From: Eledone cirrhosa | Taxonomy: Eukaryota | NCBI GenBank assembly: GCA_964016885.1 | Contig: OZ024743.1 | Coordinates: 352,036,001 to 352,100,000, forward strand | Length of the DNA stretch: 64,000 bases | Direction of reading: 5' to 3' | In this document: positions 40,467-57,204 of the stretch, in pieces | Position numbering within the stretch: the first letter of the stretch is position 1 | Layout: each line of letters opens with the position of its first letter | The notes under the pieces: generated by a model | What the model saw: only the letters and a program-made list of their open reading frames with translations | Database searches by the model: none | Told to the model about the DNA's origin: nothing | Translations under genes and position numbers: made by a program

Positions 40467-41411
40467 TAAATTATGATTGTAATAATTATATAAAAATCAT
40501 ATATCCGTACGGTAGCTGGGGGCCGTTTTAAAACCAGTAACCGAGGGGTCGGGATGGGCCCCTTAGGTTTACTAACTGCAGCGGGCCGCTGTGGTGGCTC
40601 CATGATCATTACAGCGAACGTGATGGGATGTGGAGTCGCCGTGGTGGCTTGCTGTGGTACTTAACCACCCTCGAGGGCTGACAGGGAGCCGGGATACGCC
40701 CTCTGGATTAGAGCCGGCTCAAACCTTTTTTTTTTTTTTTTTTTTTGTCCTTGTTTTTTTTTGTGTGGGCGCGGAAGTGCCTGGAAACTCTCTTCCTAGT
40801 TTTTTTTTTTTATTAACTCGGTGAGCGGTCGGATATAATATCCGAGAAGGAAAAGTAAGACGTCTCCGCCGTTCCGCTAGTCTGGTGGTTCGCCTTGGGA
40901 AAGCGATAGAACCACCTTATCCCCCCGTTGCAGGGTTACGCGTTGCTTAAAGGAAAGTGCTTTTTTTTATTATTAACAGTTTCGTTAATAATATTTTAGG
41001 AATAGGAAGGGAGTGATGAAATGGCTTCTGGAGCGCCCCACAACTTTTTTTTTTTTTTTTTATAGAGTACAATGTACGGCCAGGGAGTTTGGAGCCTCCC
41101 TGTGCGGGATTCCGGCAACAGGATCTCCGCGCGGGGTTCGGTTCCGGTTGCTTACTTGGTGCGTACAACCAAGTAAGCAACCGGGAGGGCTTAGTGTCTC
41201 GCATGGCTCGCTCGCTGAGGTGGCTCCCAGCCAGCCCTCGCGGGGTCCATGGCTTGGCCTGCTCTCTTGGCGTGACCAACCAAATTTGACAGGGCACGCC
41301 GTTCATGCCATAGTTTGCTTGATGACGTTGGCCCGTGGGACCACCCACTTTAAAAAAAAGGGAAAGGCGGCTTATACTTTGCAAAAAGTATAAGTTAATA
41401 GCCAGCTAAAA
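40254..41411 (+). mobile_element. Non-coding insertion at the R2 target site of 28S (candidate non-autonomous R2, SIDE-like)
   Basis: Left flank gtaactatgactctctt, right flank tagccaaatgcctcgtcatc. Canonical AAGG is missing at the 5' junction. Ends in aaaa. No RT ORF. Confidence 0.82.
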
Positions 41412-41451
<40 letters not shown>

Positions 41452-41486
41452 CGGATCAACGAGATTCCCACTGTCCCTATCTACTG

Positions 41487-41521
<35 letters not shown>

Positions 41522-41528
41522 CGGATCG

Positions 41529-41568
<40 letters not shown>

Positions 41569-42138
41569 TTTTGTGAGGGCACACGGTAGGCGTAGCATAG
41601 GCGGGAGCAATCTTGCGTCTCTCGGCTGGCGGCAGCGTCGTTTGCGGGTCGCTTGCGGCTTTGCGGCGGCGTTCGCCGTCTGTCGGGTACCGTGCGCGTT
41701 TGCGTCGATGAAAAACCGCCACTTCCGTAGTTTCTTCGCTCACTCGATTGAGAAGGGACGGGGCCGTCGCCGAGCGGTGGTTCATTTATCTGGTGCGAAG
41801 CGTGCGGTGCATGTCGCGCGCGCACACGTTGTGCGCCGACGCAGCCGATGCGCGACCCTTAGTCGAGAACAGTGTCGGTCGGGGAGTTTGACTGGGGCGG
41901 TACGTCTGTCAAAGGGTAACGCAGGTGTCCCAAGGCGAGCTCAGCGTGGACGGAAACCACACGTTGAGCAAAAGGGCAAAAGCTCGCTCGATCTCGATTT
42001 TCAGTACGAATACGGACCGCGAAAGCGTGGCCCATCGATCCTTTCCGAATAGCGGCGAGCTATGCGTCCGCCGAGAGGTGTCAGAAAAGTTACCACAGGA
42101 TAACTGGCTTGTGGCGGCCAAGCGTTCGCAGCGACGTC

Positions 42139-42176
<38 letters not shown>

Positions 42177-43180
42177 CGAAGCAGAATTCGCAAAGCGTTG
42201 GATTGTTCACCCACTAACAGGGAACGTGAGCTGGGTTTAGACTGTCGTGAGACAGGTTAGTTTTATCCTACCGATGCATTGCGTGTAGGCGGCGGCGGTG
42301 GCGGCTGCAGCCACCTTCTCGAAGGCGGCTGCGGTCGGCGTCGCCGCCGGCAACGTCAACTCGGCTACGGCTATCCCGTCCAGTACGAGAGGAACCGCGG
42401 GATCAGAGCAACGGTTTGCGCGCTCGCTCGATAGAGCGGTGGTGCCAGGCTGCCTCTGAGCGATAACGGCTGAACGCCTCTAAGCCGGAACCGTAGCCGG
42501 ACCCGAGTTGTTTTTCGAAAGCGTCTCAACCTTCTTAAGGCGCATGCCTTAGTTTGGCGATTGCCGTCCGTTCGGCGAAGTCGCTTCCCTTTTCGGGGTG
42601 CGCGTCGTCGTCGGCGGCAGCGTCAGCGGAATTGCCATTCTGTGACGATTACGACGATTCGTCGTCGTTGTCGTCCGTTCGATTTGTCGAAAGAGATCGA
42701 GACGAAAAGGATCGCTTGTATACGACTCGACTTGCCGTTCGGAGTGACGTGCTTAGTAGAGCAGCTACCACACTGCGATCTATTGAGTCTCTTCTCACGA
42801 ACGACACGATCCGCCCACCGAGGCGGCAGACACCAAAAAAAAAAAAAGAAATTTGAAAAGCGGCTAAGGAAGGAAGGAAGGAAGGAACGAACGAACGAGA
42901 GATAGCAGCAGCAGCAGCAGCAGCTAGCGGGTTGGAGCAATGACTCGGTTTTCTTTCGACGGGTTAGCGTAGCAACAATGACGACGACGACATACAAACA
43001 AGTCCGCTCCTTAGCCGCCGCCAATTGTTAGGTTCGTTCTTTATTACACTTCCACCGCTGCTACTGCAAACCACCAACCACTTTCCGCGCGCCAACTTTT
43101 ACGACGATTTCGCTCGCTCGCTCGCCGCTCGTTTGCCAGGTTGCGCCAACGACCCTCAAGGTCGATTAGCATCGAAAATA

Positions 43181-43800
43181 GAGAGAGTTCGCGGTGAATG
43201 CGACACAGCCTTGGTTCGAGTGCCGCCGATCCGTCTTCCGAGTTGGTTAGTTTTGTGTATGTTACACGTAGTGAGAGAGTTCGCGGTGAATGCGACACGG
43301 CCTTGGTTAGAGTGCCGCCGATCCGTCTTCCGAGTTGGTTATTTTTGCGTGTGTTACACGTAGCCGCCGCCCATCCGTCGTCCGAGTTGGTTAGTTATGT
43401 TTGACGTGTAGCAGGCGGATTCTGTTTTGTGTGTGTGTCTGTGTGTGATACAAGCCGCCCATCCGTCGTCCGAGTTGGTTAGTTATGTTTGACGTGTAGC
43501 AGGCGGCGGATTCTGTTTTGTGTGTGTGTCTGTGTGTGATACAAGCCGCCCATCCGTCGTCCGAGTTGGTTAGTTATGTTTGACGTGTAGCAGGCGGCGG
43601 ATTCTGTTTTGTGTGTGTGTCTGTGTGTGATACAAGCCGCCCATCCGTCGTCCGAGTTGGTTAGTTATGTTTGACGTGTAGCAGGCGGATTCTGTTTTGT
43701 GTGTGTGTCTGTGTGTGATACAAGCCGCCCGTCTTCCAAGTTATGTTTTAAGTGTAGCCGATGGTGTGTGTGTCTGTGTGTGATACAAGCCGCACATCCG
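43181..43800 (+). repeat. Tandem ~90 bp repeats downstream of 28S (two types)
   Basis: 2x gagagttcgcggtgaatgcgacac... (43181-43360), then 4-5x gccgcccatccgtcgtccgagttggttagttatg...gtgtgtgatacaa. Confidence 0.88.
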
Positions 43801-43829
43801 TCGTCCGTCTTCCAAGTTATGTTTTACGT

Positions 43830-46094
43830 GTAGCCGGCGGAAAGAAATCCAATCCGCCGGCTAGGCGGTTCCGCCTCCGACCCGTACATTTACGAGTAGC
43901 TGCCGGGAAAGACAGACGGCAAGACGGCGGCGTGTATACGCGAAGTTCCCGACGCGACACGACGCCTTCCGTCTTCCGCCTCGAACCCGGCAAACGTTCC
44001 TTTATTCGTTCACGCCTACCCGCTTTGATCGCGGAAAGAAATCCATTCCGCCGGCTAGGCGGTTCCGCCGCCGACCCGTACATTTACGAGTAGCTGCCGG
44101 GAAAGACAGACGGCAAGACGGCGGCGTGTATACGCGACGCGAGGCGAAGTTACAAGACGCGACACGACGCCTCCGTCTTCCGCCTAGAACCCGGCAAACG
44201 TTCCTTTATTCGTCCACGCCTTCCCGCTTCGATCGCGAGAAAGTAATCAATCCGCCGTCGAGGCGGTTCCGCCGCCGACCCGTAAGCTTACGGGTCGGCA
44301 GCGGGGAATACGACCGTCCAGGGCCTTTGCAGCACGGCCAGGGGGTCCTGTCTATTATATAGGGTAAGCTTGATCGGACGAGCTCGAAGAAAACGATTCC
44401 GGGTGCTACCCGTCGAGAGTCGTGAATATTCCGTTTTCAAGACGGGTACGTGCCGGCTTGCACTATGCTATGTCGGATGTCTCCGCCTCGACGACATGCC
44501 GTCTAGAACTCGTCCGCCCCGCCTGCACGTTAACGGCCGCCCTCCACCTCCGCTCCGTCTTCCGCCTCCGATGCGTGTTCCGCCGTTAATGCGTGCCCAG
44601 TTGGCCGCCTCCGACCCGTGTGGCTGCAGGGGAATCGAGCCGATGTCGACGCCCGGACGGCGGCGTGTTGTAGCTTGGTCGACGCGACGACAACACGCCG
44701 CCAACTTGCTTCCTTCGGGGAGGCCCCGTGTAGACGGCGGAAAGAAATCCATTCCGCCGGCTAGGCGGTTCCGCCGCCGACCCGTACTTTTACGAGTAGC
44801 TGCCGGGAAAGACAGGCGGCAAGACGGCGTGTACACGCGACACGAAGCCTTCCGCCTCGTACCCGGTAAACGTTCCGCCGTTGATGCGTGCCGAGTCAGC
44901 CGCGTCCGACCCGTGGTGGCTGCAGGGGAATCCAGACGAACGGCGAAGTGGTGTAGCTTCGCCGACGACACGCCGCCTTCTATCTCTCTAGCCATTCTAG
45001 GTCCCGCATCGACAGCGGGACCGAAGCCAACCCGCCGACTAGGCGGTTCCGCAGCCGACCCGTGGCCGGCGGATCGTCCTTGGGGGATTTGCAACGATTC
45101 CGGAGGATGCAGCACGGCCAGGGGGTCCTGTCTATTATAGAGGGTAAGCTTGATCGGACGAGCTCGAAGAAAACGATTCCGGGTGCTACCCGTTGAGAGT
45201 CGTGAATATTCCGTTTTCAAGACGGGTACGTGCCGGCTTACCCTATGCTATGTCGGATGTCTCCGCCTCGAACGACATGCCGTCCAGAACTCGTCCGCCC
45301 CGCCTGCACGTTAACGCCCGCGCTCCGCCTTCCCCCAGCGATGCGTGTTCCACCGTTAAGGCTTGCCCAGTTGGCCGCCTCCGACCCGTGTGGCTGCAGG
45401 GGAATCCAGCCGATGACGACGCCCGGACGGCGGCGTGTTGTGACTTGGTCGACGCGACGACAACACGCTGCCAGCTAGCTTCCTTCGGGGAGGCCCCTTG
45501 TAGACGGCGGAAAGAAATCTATTCCGCCGGCCAGGCGGTTCCGCCGCCGACCCGTACATTTACGAGTAGCTGCCGGGAAAGACAGACGGCAAGACGGCGT
45601 GTATACGCGAAGCGAGGCGAAGTTCCCCGACGCGACACGACGCCCTCCGTCTTCCGCCTCCGACCCGGCAAACGTTACTTCATTTGTCCACGCCTTCCCG
45701 CTTCGATCGCGGAAAGAAATCCATTCCGCCGGCTAGGCGGTTCCGCCGCCGACCCGTACTTTTACGAGTAGCTGCCGGGAAAGACAGGCGGCAAGACGGC
45801 GTGTATACGCGAAGCGAAGCGAAGTTCCCCGACGCGACAGGACGCCTTCCGTCTTCCGCCTCGAACCCGGCAAACGTTCCTTTATTCGTTCACGCCTTCC
45901 CGCTTCGATCGCGGAAACAAATCCATTCCGCCGGCTAGGCGGTTCCGCCGCCGACCCGTACTTTTACGAGTAGCTGCCGGGAAAGACAGGCGGCAAGACG
46001 GCGTGTATACGCGAAGTTCCGCCACGCGACAGGATCCATTCCGTCTTCCGCCTCGAACCCGGCAAACGTTCCTTTATTCGTTCTCGCCTTGCCG
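43830..46094 (+). repeat. rDNA intergenic spacer subrepeats (downstream part)
   Basis: Same subrepeat family as 27559-30678, with promoter-like motifs at 44356 and 45136. Confidence 0.88.
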
Positions 46095-47715
46095 AGTACT
46101 GACTTTAGAAAGTACATTGAAAAATCTTGGAAGAGATACCTTGACGACTGTTTCATCATCTGGACAGAATCTCTAGATACTCTGGATGAGTTCAATATCC
46201 TCCTGAATAACCTAGACTCATCTCTCCAATTCACAAAAGAGATGAGTAGGACCAAATTACCATTCCTAGATATAATGATAATCAAAAACGACACCACCAT
46301 TACCACGGATATATATTATAAACACACAGACACCCATCAATATCTGAATTTTATGTCGTGCCATCCACCTCATACAAAACGCAACATCCCATACTGCCTA
46401 GCCAGAAGAATTTGTACCATTGTAGAAGATACGAATACCAAGTACAAACGCCTAACAGAACTAAGAGAATTTTTGCTCAAACAAAAATACCCATCTCTAC
46501 TTATAGAAAATGGCATACAGCGGGCTATAAAAATACCTATACAACAACTTAGAACAACCCAAGGAAGAAGAAACCAAGAACTGGTCATACCATTTATAAT
46601 GACACACAACCCATGTCACCAGAATATATTCAACACTGCCAAAGCAAACCTACCGATCATTGCTCAAAGTAATGAATTAAAAGGCTTAATCACAGATCGA
46701 TCTTTGACTCTTAGTAAAAGACAGAGAAAAAATTTGAAGCAATGATAATCGATGCGGCACATGTCAATCCAAACAGGCCGGTCAATATATGAAAACAAAA
46801 ACTGGAAAAATATTCCCAAATGCAATTATGAACTGCAAAAGCAGAAATCTGCATTAAATGCCCGAATTGTGAAGAACTATATGTCGGTCAAACTGGAAAT
46901 GCACTATCGGAACGTGCACGGGTACACCGTCAACAAATCAGAGACCCAAATGTCCGTCAGATACCCCTAAGCGGCCACCTGGCAACATGTGGTCAGGGAA
47001 TATTTATAATATTCCCATTCTACAAATTACACAGCCCAAGTGAAATCAAGAGAAAAATCAAAGAAAATAATTTTATTGATAAATTCAAACCCAAGCTAAA
47101 TGAACAATAATAACGCCTAGGGATATTATTTCTACTACCACTATGACCACGACCACTAACAACAACCACAACAACAATAATAATAATAATAAAAGTGATG
47201 TTGATGGTGATGATTAATAGAAAATGCTATTTTCATCATTTCAAAAAGCAAAACAATTGATACGTTGGGTATGACTATTGGTCGTTAGCATGCTCAACCA
47301 GCCGTGACGCTTAAACCAATCAGCTGTAGTAATTCAGTGAAACTACACACTGATTGGTCGAAATACAGTTTACAGGGCTTTGCATTCCGGGGCCACTTTT
47401 CTCTGTATAAAATGTATAAAAGGTAGTAAATTTACCCATCTCATTACAGTTGAAAATTGCAAACTCGACTGTCACCACATATCATGAACCTGAAGATTGC
47501 GAAAGCATGAAAGTACTTGTTCAATTAACACTTAGAATTTAATATTCTATCATACTATTTCATTATAATACCATATTATATTATATATATTTTAAAGGAT
47601 TGTAAATAAAACGAGTAAATCAGACAAAGTTGGAATTCCTCTTATTAATATAATCTTCTATACACAATCATACACACCCGTGTATATTTACCTATCTATA
47701 TCTATATATATATAT
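46095..47715 (+). mobile_element. Penelope-like element 3' part (RT remainder, GIY-YIG, pseudo-LTR with intact hammerhead 47485-47523), duplicate copy
   Basis: Resumes at the base equivalent to 5695 (agtactgactttagaaag). Extra small deletions relative to copy 1. Confidence 0.92.
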
Positions 47716-48420
47716 AGAGAGATTTATATATATGCATACATACACACAAGCACACACACACACACACATTTGCAACTCTGCAGCACGTTTATTCTTATAT
47801 TTACACATATTTTTTCTCCCGCTATGACCCGTCTATTTCGTTCTTACTGCTTCCTCTTTCTCTGTTCTTTACCCTCTCTAACAGTTACTCTCTCTGTTAG
47901 CCTCTTCCTCACCCTTCACTCACTCACTCTCTGTTACTACCTCTCCTCCTCCTCCTTCTTCCCGTTTGACCTGTGCGTAATTCTTTTCTTTCGCACGCTT
48001 GGTCAGGCTGGTTGGCATTTTTTCTCTCTCTCGTCTACGATTTCACAGAACTTATGTTTACCGAATTCACAGACTAGACCCCTTCTTCCTCCCGTTAGAC
48101 CTGTGCTAAATTCCTTCCTTGCTCACATTTCAACCAGGTTTGGTGGTCTTTATTCTCTCTCGTTCACGATTTCACAGAACTTATATTCATGGAAATTTTT
48201 GGACTTGACTCGCTCTTCCTCACTTTTCGTTGCTTCACCATCTTTGTTTGTTTACACTCTCGCTGTTCCCTTTATTTACATGTCCCAACGACTTTCTTTT
48301 GCTGTTGTTCGCACCAACCGGAGGTATATGGTCTTTAAAGTGAAGAAATACCGATGATGGTTGGAAGATCACTGATGAAGGGCCACTTTATTCATATATA
48401 TATATATGTGTGTGTGTGTG

Positions 48421-50119
48421 TGTTCCACATTGCAAGGCAGTGTGTCAATGCAAATCAGGATGTTGTTGGAGATAAATGTGTCCGGGATGATGCCGGTGTA
48501 CTTAGTGTCACAAATGATCAGAAAAAGGAGGCCTGGAAATGTCATTATGAGAGACTGATGAATGTGGAGAACGAATGGGAGAGAGAGAAATTACCCTTAG
48601 TAGATCCAACAGAGGGACCAGCTATTGAGATTGACGAATATAGGGTTCAAGAGGCGATTAAGGAAATGAAAAATGGTAAGGCTGCTGGACCATCGGGAAT
48701 AGTTGCTGAGATGCTGAAGGCATCAGGGGACGTAGGCACTAAACTGGTTGCACACATCATCAATCAGGCTATATATGGTGTTGTCATACCCAAGGACTGG
48801 TGCAGCAGTATTCTCATAAATTGCTACAAAGGTAAAGGGGATGCTCGGGAGAGGAGCAATTATAGGGGTATAAAACTGATGGATCAGGTTATGAAAGTGG
48901 CAGAATGGATATTAGCACAACTAATTAGAGAAAGGGTCAAACTAGATGAGATGCAGTTTGGTTTTGTGCGTGGGAAGAGTACAACAGATGCCCTCTTCTT
49001 GGTGAGACAATTGCAAAAGAGGTTCTTAGAGAAAAATAAGCCACTATACTTAGCCTTTGTTGACCTAGAGAAGGCCTTTGATAGGGTAGCCCGATCTGTC
49101 ATCTGGTGGTCCCTAAGGAAGCTAGGTGTTGAGGAATGGCTTGTGAGGACAGTGCAAACTTTGTACAGAGGTACTCTCAGTAAAGTCAGGGTAGGAATGG
49201 AGTTTAATGAGGAATTCCAGATACAAGTATGAGTACATCAAGGTTCGGTCCTCAGCCCGCTCTTGTTCATTATAGTCCTCCAAGCCATAACAGAGGAGTT
49301 TAAGACTGGCTGTCCATGGGAACTTCTCTATGCTGACGATCTGGTTCTTATAGCAGAATCAGTAGAGGAGCTAGAGAATAAATTCTGACTATGGAAACAG
49401 GAGTTGGAAGCAAGAGGACTGAGAGTGAACCTAGCTAAGACAAAAGTGATGATGAGTAGAAAAGAAGACAAAACTCTGATTCCGTCAGGGAAATGGCCAT
49501 GTTCGATATGCAGAAAAGGAACTGGCATAAATTCTATAAAATGCACACAATGCAGATCCTGGGTACACAAGAGATGTAGCGGGATAGCAGGCAAACTAAC
49601 AGGTAGGGAGAAATATGTATGCAGTAGATGTACAGGGAAATTAGACACTAGAAGTCGCATTGATAGACACATTTTTCAAATGCAGGAGGGCGCTATAGAA
49701 GTGGTGGATAGCTTCCGGGACCTAGGAGATCAGATTAGCATGGGAGGAAGGTGTTCCGAGGCCATAGTATCAAGAATAAGGACGGGTTGGAAGAAGTTTA
49801 GGGAGCAGCTTCCTCTGCTGACGAAGAAGTGGTTCTCCCTGCGTACGAAAGGCCGGTTGTATGATGACTGTGTGAGGAGCGTGATGCTGCATGGTAGTGA
49901 GACACGGGCAGCAACTGCAGAGGATATGCGACGGCTGGAGAGAAATGAAGCAAGCATGCTCCATTGGATGTGCAGTGTAAATGTGCGTGAATGACCCAGC
50001 ATAAATGTGTTGAGAGAGAAACTGTGGTCTGATAGGGATAGAATGTAGTGTACAGGAGAGGAGACTGAGGTGGTATGGACATGTGATGCGCATGGAGAAT
50101 GACCGATGGGTGAAGAAGT

Positions 50120-50120
<1 letters not shown>
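48421..50120 (+). mobile_element. RTE LINE remnant, duplicate of 8091-9790
   Basis: Near-identical sequence with the same stops. Confidence 0.88.
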
Positions 50121-51852
<1,732 letters not shown>

Positions 51853-52236
51853 AAAGTTCTATTTAAATTGTTGGGATACAACAAGCAAATATTTTTATAA
51901 CTGATATAAAGCACTCAACAAATAATTAGAGTAAAAATACGATATTAACAAATGGAAACTATATTTATAAAACCATATTTATTTCATTATACATATTTCA
52001 AGGACACCAAGTTAAATTATGGTGTGCTTTCATCAGATAAAATATAATATAGAGCAGTTTTATAAATAAATATTGACATACTCTTAAAGAATGCAACCAT
52101 TATTATTGGAAGCTCCCGGATAGTGGAGTTATATCTTTAATTATACTATTAGGTAAGTTAGTATTGGATATTTTTAAATAAGCCGTTGGGTTACGGAGAA
52201 AGAGAAAGAGAGAGAGAGAGAGCAGAACAACAGAGA

Positions 52237-52267
<31 letters not shown>

Positions 52268-52268
52268 G

Positions 52269-52335
<67 letters not shown>

Positions 52336-52913
52336 AAGAGACAGGAGAGAGAGCGAAAACTCTAAGTCATATCTTGTTGAGTTATCTTGACATTTGAGAT
52401 GAAATGAATAAATAAAATTAGAAATGTTAATAATCATGAATGGAAGATACATATATAATATGAGAAATTTAACCATTGTTTAAATATGATTAAATGTTTA
52501 GTTAGTCAGTTAAAATATTGAGATCAATACATTAAAAATTGAGATCTATATATTAAGAAATCTATATATTATTATTAAGACTATATTATTAAAAATCTAT
52601 ATATTATATAACACATGCACACGCAAAAATTATTACTAACAATTTTAACTATTTTAACAATTTTAACTATTTTAACAATTTATCAACTATAATAGAAAAC
52701 CTTACAATAATTCCGAAAACAAAAAAAGAAATAGAACTAGGAACATATTATGGTTCGCTCCTCCTTTCTCATTAAATATTAAAACCCCTATTGCTAAACT
52801 ATTTTTTAAAGCTCTTGACAAATGCTTCCCTAGAACACATAGATATTATTCAATCTTTAATAGACGTACAATAAAATTAACTTATTCTTCCACCAAAAAC
52901 TTAGTGCAAAATA

Positions 52914-55947
<3,034 letters not shown>

Positions 55948-55950
55948 TGT

Positions 55951-56009
<59 letters not shown>

Positions 56010-56309
56010 CGTGTGTGTGTGTGCGTGTGCGTGTGCGTGTGCGTGTGTGTCTTCTGGCTCGTTAATTTAATAACCTGCCATAGAACCACATTGGCATACG
56101 GTTGGATAATACATGTGTCCCTATATGCATTTTTTGCATGTAGGAAAACATACTTTATTATTATTAATTTCCTCTGGTCGAGATAACATTTTGGTCGTTT
56201 TAACTGCTGCTATTTCTAGTGGCAGTACATTGACCTTTCCGCCCTTGCCTTCTATCTTTATACACGACACTGTGTGTAAAGAAAAGATGTACATCTACCT
56301 ATGTTAGCT

Positions 56310-57150
56310 GGGGTTTCCCCTATCTTGTTCGGCAAGTGGGGAAAAGGAAGATGTTGCAGCCACCCCGGGTCATTAGGGGTTTTGAGGGCGAAGTAAGTCC
56401 TACGCAATCGATGTTTACATGCTGTTACAAGTTCTTCTTTTTTGTTTAGGGGTTGGTCCTTCGTAAACAGCATTTGTAATGTTTCCTCCGAGCATAAGTT
56501 ACACGGACGGCGTCCTCTCGTGTAGGAGTTAGCCCCGGACAATAAAGTTGTAGGGTGATTTTAAATCCCCAGTCCTGGAAGAAGTTGATTAGTTGTTTAC
56601 TGACCCGGTTTGTACTACTGGGGTTGTACCCTTTGAGGGTAAGGAGCCCATCGTCTCGGTACAATCCACCGCCGAATGCAGGAAACATTTCGGTGAGTTT
56701 ATGTAGTAGGAATAATTCTATAAGATCGGTCACGTTGGCCGAGTCGGTCACGCCCATACTGACGTCGAAGGGGGAGTCGGGAGCTCTCTTTATCCATTTG
56801 GAGTTGTCGAAAAGAAGGACTGTCTTCCTGGCGTGGAGAATGATGTTTCTTTCTTGGTCGGTGATGGGTGTAAGTGTTTTGGCAAAGTCCAAAGCGGGCG
56901 TAAGTAGCGGTAAGGTAATAGAAGCGTAATAGCTCACTATGTCGAACTGGATGAATTTGGTGTCCTGTTTGTCCTTAATATTCCTGAGCCATGAGATGAC
57001 TTCCTGGGTGCTGACCCAAAGGCTAAGTCTCGCGTTTTGCTTAACTTTTGGTATAACGTGGTCTAGGATCTGTTTACTGATTCTCCCTATGTCCGACTTC
57101 GTCGTTTTCCTCATCAGTTGTCTACTGGGGGTCTCGGATATTTCTACGCT
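56310..57150 (-). mobile_element. Penelope-like RT fragment, duplicate of 16850-17695
   Basis: ORFs 57114-56446 and 56542-56258. Confidence 0.7.
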
Positions 57151-57204
57151 TTAAAGACAAGATATTTATCCTCAGAGCGTCAATAACTGGATAAGTTATT
57201 ATTA

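Larger units (their letters stand above)
36610..42810 (+). rRNA. 28S rRNA (interrupted by insertion 40254-41411)
   Basis: acccgccgaacttaagcatat, acccgtcttgaaacacggacc, agtacgagaggaacc (sarcin-ricin loop), gagcagctaccacactgcgatctattga near the 3' end. Ends approximate. Confidence 0.96.

Noticed and set aside
40947-41393. 126 and 145 aa ORFs inside the 28S insert as homing endonuclease or R2 remnant
   Set aside because: No His-Cys, LAGLIDADG, RT or RLE motifs, and they are interrupted by homopolymer-derived F/K runs.
40254-41411. Group I intron interpretation (site is next to known LSU intron positions; aagagag could act as an internal guide)
   Set aside because: The insert ends in A rather than the terminal G, splicing could not restore the missing AAGG, no P7 core was recognised, and the 3' junction is exactly the R2 nick.
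43363-43800. CRISPR-like array
   Set aside because: Units are fully repeated with no unique spacers, the context is eukaryotic rDNA, and there are no cas genes.
27429-46306. Numerous Arg/Pro/Ala-rich ORFs on both strands
   Set aside because: They overlie GC-rich rDNA and spacer repeats. No protein motifs apart from the Penelope pieces at the two ends.
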